From: Balanoglossus misakiensis
Lineage: Eukaryota; Animalia; Hemichordata
Direction of reading: 5' to 3'
Length of the DNA stretch: 64,000 bases
NCBI GenBank assembly: GCA_040954595.2
Contig: CM082581.2
Span: forward strand, 186,001-250,000
Positions 55,764 to 64,000 of this stretch are shown here, in pieces. The position numbers and the translations under genes were made by a program. Position 1 is the stretch's first letter. The number at the start of each line of letters is the position of its first letter. The notes beneath the pieces are model-generated. The model was not told where the DNA came from, did no database searches, and saw only the letters and a program-made list of their open reading frames with translations.

Positions 55764-56547
55764 ATGGGGTGCCATGTGTTAACTTATTATTTAGCTAAAT
55801 TATTTGTTCAAAAGTCGTTATTTAACATACTTATATGTATGTAATTATAGATTTGCAAACCATTTAAGTCCTGACAATTTATTTATAAATAATTTCAAGT
55901 CGATTCAATTATATACATAAAATGTATTTTTAAGAGCAGTTCATTAAGTATAATAAAAATGAAATGACCGCACGTAATGTGCATTTCTTGTTCACGTGTG
56001 GGGACTATATGTGTGCGTAATGATCCAAATGCAAGGGGTCGTGTGAACAGGCCTTAAATAATGAGTTTGCGTTAAATAATGAGTTTGCGTTAAATAATAA
56101 GTTGACAAACGGCGCGAGTGCATTTTTTCATGGTTTAGAAATCACTTATTTATATATAATTCATTATATAATGTAAATCACTCATGATATATATATAATA
56201 GACTTGCACTTAAATTATTTATAAATCACTCATGATATATATATAATACACTTAAATTTTTTTTATTTATAAATAATTAATTATATATAAATAATTATGT
56301 ACATCACTCATGATATATATATAATAGACTGACACTGACATTGTTTATAAATAATTTATTATATATAAATAAAAGAGCATAAAATACATTTTATGTATAT
56401 AATTGAATCGACTTGAAATTATTTATAAATAAATTGTCAGGACTTAAATGGTTTGCAAATCTATAATTACATACATATAAGTATGTTAAATAACGACTTT
56501 TGAACAAATAATTTAGCTAAATAATAAGTTAACACATGGCACCCCAT
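55764..56547. mobile_element. Internally deleted fold-back (long-TIR) DNA transposon with TSD
   Basis: ATGGGGTGCCATGTGTTAAC... / ...GTTAACACATGGCACCCCAT termini; ATGTTTGT direct repeats at 55756-55763 and 56548-56555; left arm truncated at ~55930, right arm 601 bp. Confidence 0.88.
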
Positions 56548-56646
56548 ATGTTTGTACGCACAGAATTACGCACATGCACATAAGATGATCGTCTGCCTTA
56601 AGTGAAAGATTACACAGTAATGCCCAAACTTTAAGTGCTGACTCAC

Positions 56647-56879
56647 CCTCTATATTAGTGTAGTATCCATCTTCACACACCTCTGGCTCCGACATACCAT
56701 CATATTGACACTTATACCCAGGGCAGGACAAGGCGTACAGTCTATACTTCCATTGTTGGCAAAATATCCCTGTCCGCATTGTGTTGGTGATGAGAGGCTG
56801 GCTGTTCCACACATGAAACCCTTGGACACAGCGTGCATGCTTCAGAACATGCTGAACTGTAACTTCCAACTGCGCAGTC
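56647..56879 (-). pseudogene. Single-copy GCC2/GCC3-type exon with two frameshifts
   Basis: cag|DCAVGSYSSACSEACTLCP / KGFMCGTASLSSPTQCGQGYFANNGSIDCTPCP / GYKCQYDGMSEPEVCEDGYYTNIE G|gtgagt. Confidence 0.85.
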
Positions 56880-56945
56880 CTGTAGGAGTGAAGACGTCAA
56901 ATATTAGGGAGGTTTAGGAGCCCTCTAGCCAGCAAACTTCATCAA

Positions 56946-58159
56946 GGATGTACGCGCAGAACATAAACTGGAAACATTGTGCGCCCGGTCTTTTTCCCAT
57001 AGGATTACATTGATTATCACATACATAGCTCCGCATATACCATAGTATGACGTCAGACGTAGGTAAATTTGCACCAAGCGTTATTGTAATACCCATCCCT
57101 CTGACGTCACCAAACAGAACTATTTTAAACTTGTAAACAAAGTCCTCTTAGGGCGACAAAATTCAGTGCAATTGTTGGTTTTATTTCGATTTTAAAAATA
57201 ATCAAAGATAAATAAAATGTTTCGTATGTGTAAATATGGACGATCGACGATTAGTTTTACCTGTGTACATTTTTATCGCACCAACCGGCACCAAAACTAT
57301 CGCAAGGTCGTCAGTGCTGAGCCAATGTCGTCGCGTTGTCGAACGAGCGACAGGTACAAAACTGAGTATTCGCAAAAATTTTGATGCGACGATTAGAGCA
57401 AAACGGTCTAGTCATGAAGCAAAAGGCATAAGAAAGGTTTCCTGCTCCAGTGAAACCTTGACGGACGATGAAATCCTGCTGACGCACGACAGACGGGTCA
57501 TCGCCAAAACCAGAATCGTCCAGGTCGTGACCTGAGTCACCTGGCAGATAGACCGCATAACATCGATCTTCAATTTTGCACAAAATAGTTACAAATTTTA
57601 TCGCAACCACAAAGAGATTTATTTGAAAATCAAAAGTAGCGGATCTATGTATGTGATAAACATATAATTCCCCCGTATTCCTCACTCGTGTACCTGCGTC
57701 GCGAACTCTCGATTCCCCGTATAGAATGGCTCGGAGGGATACGGCCGCTATACGGGGAATCACTCGTCCGCGACGCAGGCACACTCGTTCGAAATACGGG
57801 GGAATTATATGTAATAATCGCCAGAAAACAAACTTCTACTATTGTCATTTTCACGAAATTTTACACATAGCTCAGTCCAGCAAATATAAATTCATTGGTC
57901 AAATAAAATATAGGGGTCACCGTGCTCTTTTTTTAGATAAATTGCGTTAAGAATTTTGCCCATAGACAAACCGCTGGTGAAAAATGCTGAGTCAGCAGAT
58001 TTCTTCTATTATCGACCAAATTCATAGCTCTGTATTTCAAAAACAAGCCCGGTGACCCCTATATTTAATTACGGATTTTTATTATACATACAAAGGAGAA
58101 TAAAAAAATCCACAATTAAAAAAAATGACAATACTTTCAATTTTACTGAACGTACATCC
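56946..58159. mobile_element. TTAA-site non-autonomous DNA transposon (Kolobok-like)
   Basis: TCAA|GGATGTACG ... CGTACATCC|TTAA; internal inverted pair TATAGGGGTCACCG / CGGTGACCCCTATA. Confidence 0.6.
57660..57812. repeat. ~153-bp imperfect palindrome (probable end of a nested Crypton-like element from ~57250)
   Basis: ACATATAATTCCCCCGTATT...AATACGGGGGAATTATATGT; ORFs on the two strands read similarly. Confidence 0.8.
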
Positions 58160-58689
58160 TTAATGTTACTTATGTAGTGGAGCACCAAAACCCAAATTTT
58201 CATATCGATTGTGTATTTTGTGATAAAAGCACCAAACTTGGCTCAGATGTGTGTTAATGTGTACTGAACAAATTCAGATAGCGAGTCACTAAATATCTGT
58301 TAAAGAGTTTCCATGGCAACCAATTATTTTCAAAATGGCCGCCAATACAGATAATCACACCTGTTAAACACCAAAATAAATTCAGATTACAATATTTGAA
58401 ATAAGAAACTACGAAAAGAATGGTTTGCAATAGAACTATGGTTATTGAACAACAAATGTACTTATAAGGGTAACTAAGGGATCAAAACACAGGTGCAACT
58501 TTCAATCCCTGGTTCTCGCATTAGTATAGGTGCTCCCCCTAGTCAAACATTATGGCTAGTTGCGATATTTAACTTGAAGTACGTAAATTACACACACACG
58601 AATCGCAACAGTTAGCGAGTCACTAAATATCTATTGAAGAGTGACTATGCAACTTATTCAAGATCCATCCTATCCACAATACGTGTGAA

Positions 58690-61600
58690 CTTCTACTCTC
58701 TACATGGAATGTCCGCTCAGCTAGATGCAAATCATTAGACATTGCAGACTACATCACAGATAAAGACATTGATATTCTTGTACTCACTGAAACATGGTTG
58801 AAGGAATCTGGTGACGAACACGTAATGGCTGAATGCACACCACCAGGCTATGCTGTCAAACATCTACCTGGGGTTGGCAAGATCGGTGGAGGCTTAGCTT
58901 AAATTCATAAGCTAGCACTAAAATTAACAGCTTGGAAGCCTATTCTCTCTGTTAAACCCCGGTGCAGAAAGTCCTGGGGTTCGGATTAACGTGTGTTTGT
59001 ATAGTTGTTTATCGGGAGTGGTCGTCGTGCATAATGACTGTGTAATGGCTCTCATGTACACAGAAAATAATTGAACACTTCACACTTCCACGCGATTGAC
59101 AACTGTTTCAATGGCGTGGTTATTGTTTCCCAGGGACGCTTCTGAAAAGCACTGAAACCAGATTTCTCCCAAAATCATCGTTGTTTCATAAGCTCGTGTA
59201 CTTTTTCGTCGATAACTTTATGTTGTGTGTGTTTATAAAGCCAACTACTGTCGTTGTGTGGTGTAATTCTTTATGCTTGGACCTGTTTGGGCCGATTTTC
59301 ATAGAGCCAAGATCGTTGGTGCTGTCTGTTGTCAGGCAAACGGCATTAAGATTCGCCACTGATTTGGGGGGTCTTTTATACGCCGCACCGGGGTTTAAAT
59401 CTTTTGAGGCAGCGGAAGCAACTATTCTTCACCAGAAACTTTCCGTCCACCACCATCAGTTAAGAATAAGTTCACTGCACCACAGTTCATGGAAGAGTTC
59501 AGTACAACACTTGAGAAGTAGGTCAAGTAATCTCTTCATCGTAGGAGATTTCAATATTCACCTAGAAGATGATAAGAATCCAGTAACACAGAAATTCAAT
59601 GGAATCATCAGCGCCTGTAATCTGAAACAATGGGTCCAACAACCAACACACAGAAAGGGTCATACTCTTGATCTCATCTTATCTAACTCTGCGTCTAACA
59701 TCAAGAGTGTCTCTGTAGACTGCTTGGAACTCTCTGATCACAATCCTGTCAATGCAAAACTTGCTCTTCCGAAACCAACACACAGTAGACGTCAAATATC
59801 TTATCGTCGTATCTGCCATTTCAATTGATAGTTTCAGCCATGATCTCGACAAAATACATCACATGTCCTCGCCTCCAAACACTTCTCCTCAGCCATATCA
59901 GCTTATAACCAACACGTCAGTGAAGTTCTTCAAGCCAACGCACCACTTCAAAAGCGTACAGTGATCATACGTCCAGGTACCAAATGGTATACTCATGAAA
60001 TCGACATTGCAAAAAAGAATAGACGGAAGGCTGAACATCTGTGGCGAAAAACTAAGCTGGAGATTCATCGTCAGATATATCAACATGAGTGCAGAAATGT
60101 CAGTCACTTAATCAGAGCTACCAAAAAGTCATACTTCTCACATCTAATTGAGGAAAAGTATGGTAACCAGAAGTCACTATTTCAAATCATATCAACCCTG
60201 GCTGGCAAGCAACAAGAAAAGACTCTACCTGACCACACTGCTAAAATAGACTTAGCAGAGACATTCAGTAAATATTTCATCACTAAAATCATATCTATCC
60301 GTTCCAGCCACGACATGGTAAACCCTACTTCAAAAGATTACCAATTTCTGCACCCAGCAGTCTCATCAACACTTCCTGAATTCCACACAGCTAAAGACGA
60401 AGAAATCAGCAAAGTTATCTCTGGCTCTCCATCTAAAACATGTGTACTTGATCCCATCCCTACAGCACTTGTTAAGCAATGTCTTGGTAATCTGCTCACT
60501 ATCACAGCCACAATTATCAATTTGTCACTCAAAACTGGAACTGTTCCTGAATAACTTAAAATAGCAGTCATCACACCAATATACTCAAGAAACCTTCGCT
60601 CGACAAAAACATTTTCAAGAACTATAGACCTGTTTCAAACCTAACCGTCCTGTCAAAAGTAATCAGGAAGATTGTAGCACAACAATTGACATCATATTTG
60701 ACTACCAACTCACTACAAGAACCACTGCAGTCAGCGTACCGAAAGGATCACAGTACCGAAACAGCACTTACTAAAGTCAACAACGATATTTGTATGGCAC
60801 TGGATGCCGGTAAATATGTTCTCATGGTTCTCCTCGATCTCTCCTCTGTGTTTGATACCATAGATCACGACATACTCATCTCAAGGTTATCAAAACTGGG
60901 CATCACCAACATCCCACTACAATGGTTCTCATCATATCTTAAGGACAGACAGCAGTTTGTATGGCACAATGTCAGAACCTCAATATCTACAATATGGAGT
61001 ACCACACGGTTCAGTGCTTGGACCACTTTTGTTCTGCAGCTACATCCAACCACTTGCTCAACTTATTTGTCACCACAAAGTCAATTTTCACCAATATGCC
61101 GATGACAACCAACTATACCAATATTTCTTCCAGTTAGACACCATAAGTACATTATACATTAGACAAGATGGAAAGGGCAGTTCACGAAATAAAAACCTGG
61201 ATTACACATAATAAACTTCAACTCAATGGTGGCAAAACCGAAGTACTCCTGACAAGGTCTCAGTTCAACCGCTCGCCTCGTCCCATAAACCACATGAGCA
61301 TTGGATCATGTTGTGAATTGTGAATTCTGCACGGAATATAGGTGTGACATTCGACGACAATTACACTTTCAATAAGCACATTAACGCAATTTGCAAGTCA
61401 ATTTTCTTCCATCTGCGTCAAATCAGCCACATTCGCCGTTACCTCACTAAGTAAGTTTGCCAGATGCTGGTTCATGCTCTAATCACATCAAAACTGGACT
61501 ACTGTAATGCAATACTCTGTGGTTTACCATCATCATGCATTCAACCGCTACAGCATGCCCTGAATTCTGCAGCCAGGATCGTTTCTCGTACCCGTAAAAC

Positions 61601-62029
61601 GGATCATATTACTCCTGTTCTCATGGATTTACATTGGTTGCCTGTACACTATAGAATCCAATACAAGATCTTGCTTATGACATATAAGGCATTAAACAAC
61701 ACAGCACCAACTTAAATCTCTGACTTAATCCATCTGAAAACTTCAACAAGACTTCTTCGTTCAAATGACAAATTTCTACTTCATGTACCATGGAGTAAGA
61801 AGAAAACGTACGGCGATCGTGTTTTTTCGTATATCGCCCCACTCATTTGGAACAGTGTCCCAATAGAGGTATGCTAGTCACCTAGCCTTGACAGTTTCAA
61901 GAAACACATCAAGACTTATCTGTTTAACATAGCCTATTAACAGTAACTTTACATTGTAAAGCACTATTGAACACTATTGCAGTGGAGTTTGGTGCTCTAT
62001 AAGTCCTTTTGATTGATTGATTGATTGAT
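58690..62029 (+). mobile_element. Degenerate L2/CR1-group LINE ORF2 (AP endonuclease + reverse transcriptase)
   Basis: Endonuclease motifs WNVRS, LTETWL, GGGLA, VGDFNIH, GHTLDLIL, SDHN; RT motifs [51 protein letters not shown]; C-terminal LHWLPV; (GATT)n tail at ~62010-62029; many stops and frameshifts. Confidence 0.95.
58956..59394. mobile_element. 439-bp MITE with TTAA TSD inserted in the LINE endonuclease
   Basis: TTAA|ACCCCGGTGC ... GCACCGGGGT|TTAA; removing it restores the SVK-SFE reading frame. Confidence 0.88.
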
Positions 62030-62515
62030 GAACAGTTTACCACCTTAGCTAAACACACAAACAGATCACCGATAGGTCCGAATAGCGCGTGTATGAGGGC
62101 TTGGCTAACTTGTGACCTCAGTAACGATCATGTGAAAATGTCCATTTTGTTTGGTCGGGCATTGATTCTTGTCGGCAAAAACTGCCATAGGAAATTATAA
62201 ACTTAAGTCAAATTGCTGAAACAATAAATAATAGTCCATGTGTCTTGATACTTCAGATCATGCATCGGTTCGACTCTGTCTGTAGTCGGCTACCCAAATT
62301 TATTGGGAAGTTCGGCCTTTTACACATTAATACGTGTGGTTTTCGATCGTATCCTACCGGTCTTATTGGTTGACATTAATTTGGCAGTGTGCTATAAGCA
62401 TATTACATCCTACATCAAACCAAAATAAAGCTTGTGATACTTTGACCATCAGTTTTTGTTTACTTTTAGTCGCTAGTGAAATTCAAGCTCAGTAATAACT
62501 TTACAACTAACTTAT

Positions 62516-62671
62516 TAGGGGCCCAAGCCCCTATGGGCGGGGCCCCTATTGGTATAACTGGCGTTTTTAGGGACCCAAGCCCCTATGGGCGGGGCCGCTA
62601 TTGTTATTACTTGGGTTTTTAGGGGCCCAAGCCCCTATGGGCGGGGCCCCTATTGGTATTGCTGGCATTTA
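62516..62671. repeat. 3 x 52-bp GC-rich hairpin tandem repeat
   Basis: TAGGGGCCCAAGCCCCTATGGGCGGGGCCCCTATT-like unit at 62516, 62568 and 62620. Confidence 0.9.
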
Positions 62672-63122
62672 TCTTCTTCTTGGGCACTTTCATCGGCCAC
62701 TAGGATCTTGAAAACGGCTTAACCTACAATTCTCAAATTTGGCACAATGATGCAGGCCAATGAGATCTGGTGCAGTACGTTCGTGAATGTTAAATTAGTC
62801 ACGTGACCTGATGACCATATAAGGGCAAAATTTTCAAATTGCTCTCATTTGCATAAAATATCACGAATCACAATTATTTTAAGATGCTTTGTGAACCATA
62901 TTGCCATGGTCCTACATGCCAAATTTCATGGTCCTAGGGTATGCCAATTTTGAGAAGAAGATTTTTGATCATTATATTTCATATTTTTTCATTGACCATG
63001 GGGGGTCTGGACCAAGGCATAGGCTTTACTATACCTGCATAGTAAAGCTATGACAACATCGTATTTAAATAATAACACATGTTAGCGAGGGCAATATCAT
63101 GATCTTTGGCCTGCACGAGGGA

Positions 63123-63204
63123 TGGTGATCTCTGACCATAATAATATTGATGATGCCCGAGCCACAGGAAAGGGCATCAACAGTATTATGGTCAGAGATC
63201 ACCA
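63123..63204. repeat. ~82-bp imperfect palindrome
   Basis: TGGTGATCTCTGACCATAATA ... TATTATGGTCAGAGATCACCA. Confidence 0.8.
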
Positions 63205-64000
63205 GGGTTAGGGTTATGTGTTATTAATTTTATTATACCGAACATTTGACCATACACAGCATAGAGGGTTGCGTCCATTTCGTACGATGCAGGTTGCAGT
63301 GAACTAAAATATCTCGCTGTACAGTGTACCTACTTCGAATTCAGATAAACCGCGATGTTGGTTGCGGCTTTGGTGTATTTGCTGTCCATTTGCGGTAAAA
63401 TATCGTCCAGTTAAACAGGTGTTAATCCTGTGTGTCGCTTTGAAGCCATATATGCGGGAGTTGACTGATCGTGAAGGAAGCCATTGAACGACAGTTTGTT
63501 ATGCGCAGAAAAGATGCGCAGAACCTAAAACCTGTTCTCAGCCGGCAATATACTCTCAGCGCACGCGTATCTCCGGCCCGTAGCCCCTACCTACGGGCCA
63601 TAGACTCTGTCAACCATGCAATATCACGTTTTTTTCTATGTCACGTGGTACGGTTTCAGCCAATCAAGACTACAGAATACAGAGTGAGGTGTAATAATCA
63701 AGTATTAAGGACCCAATGAACAAACCTTAAACTTGGCACAGTGGATGGGGCAATGAGTGGACATGTACCTAACCTGTGAATGTATAATTAGTCACGTGAC
63801 ATGATGACAATATAAGGGCAAAATTTACAAATAAACTATGACAACACCATATTCAAGCATGAAGGACTCAATGTACAAATTTTAACCATGGCACAGTGGA
63901 CGGGGCCAATGAGGAGACACATGCCTAATCCGTGAATATATAATTTGTCACGTGACATGATGACCATATAAGGGCCAAATTTACAAAAAGGCTATGACAA

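Larger units (their letters stand above)
1..55930. repeat. Tandem segmental duplication / macrosatellite, ~3.9 visible copies of a 14.4-14.9 kb unit
   Basis: ACATGTCTTTGTTCGAGGTAAC recurs at 1, 14371, 28732 and 43616 (periods 14370, 14361, 14884). The ORF track repeats at the same offsets with only scattered substitutions. Similarity stops at ~55930. Confidence 0.98.
52805..56879 (-). pseudogene. GCC2/GCC3 Cys-rich repeat gene remnant, unit 4 plus unique upstream exon
   Basis: Exons 52805-53021, 53977-54073, 54299-54496, 54880-55013, 55266-55384 (net 12-bp deletion) and single-copy 56647-56879. Confidence 0.82.
62514..64000. mobile_element. Probable HINE/Helentron-like non-autonomous element with internal repeats, interrupted by a palindromic insertion
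   Basis: Terminal hairpin plus (CTT)n, then repeated GGCACA..AATGAG..GTCACGTGAC..ATATAAGGG blocks at ~62740, ~63735 and ~63890. Confidence 0.5.

Noticed and set aside
58690-62029. Active LINE
   Set aside because: Multiple stops and frameshifts, a MITE insertion, and no recognisable ORF1.
62516-62671. CRISPR-like repeat-spacer array
   Set aside because: Eukaryotic context, the intervening parts are homologous to each other, and there are no cas genes.

Overview
AT-rich eukaryotic (invertebrate metazoan-like) genomic DNA with spliceosomal introns and no intact protein-coding gene that I can support. Positions 1-55930 are a near-identical tandem array of a ~14.4-14.9 kb unit. The same sequence recurs at 1, 14371, 28732 and 43616, and the array runs off the left edge. 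On the minus strand each unit carries five exons of a GCC2/GCC3 (ephrin-receptor-like) Cys-rich repeat gene, followed by 11-13 phase 1-1 exons that each encode one EGF-like domain with an unusual 8-Cys pattern. Both exon sets carry stops, frameshifts and lost cysteines shared by all copies, so they decayed before amplification. Units 1-2 have a 978-bp two-exon triplication and a ~2.5-kb deletion that units 3-4 lack. The array ends inside a fold-back transposon with 601-bp arms. Its left arm and target-site duplication (TSD) are in every unit, but its right arm occurs only once (55947-56547). The unique right part holds one more GCC pseudo-exon, TTAA-type non-autonomous DNA transposons, long palindromes, a degenerate L2/CR1 LINE and a Helentron-like repeat. 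Most short ORFs in the supplied track are spurious. Exon coordinates were read by hand from splice sites.
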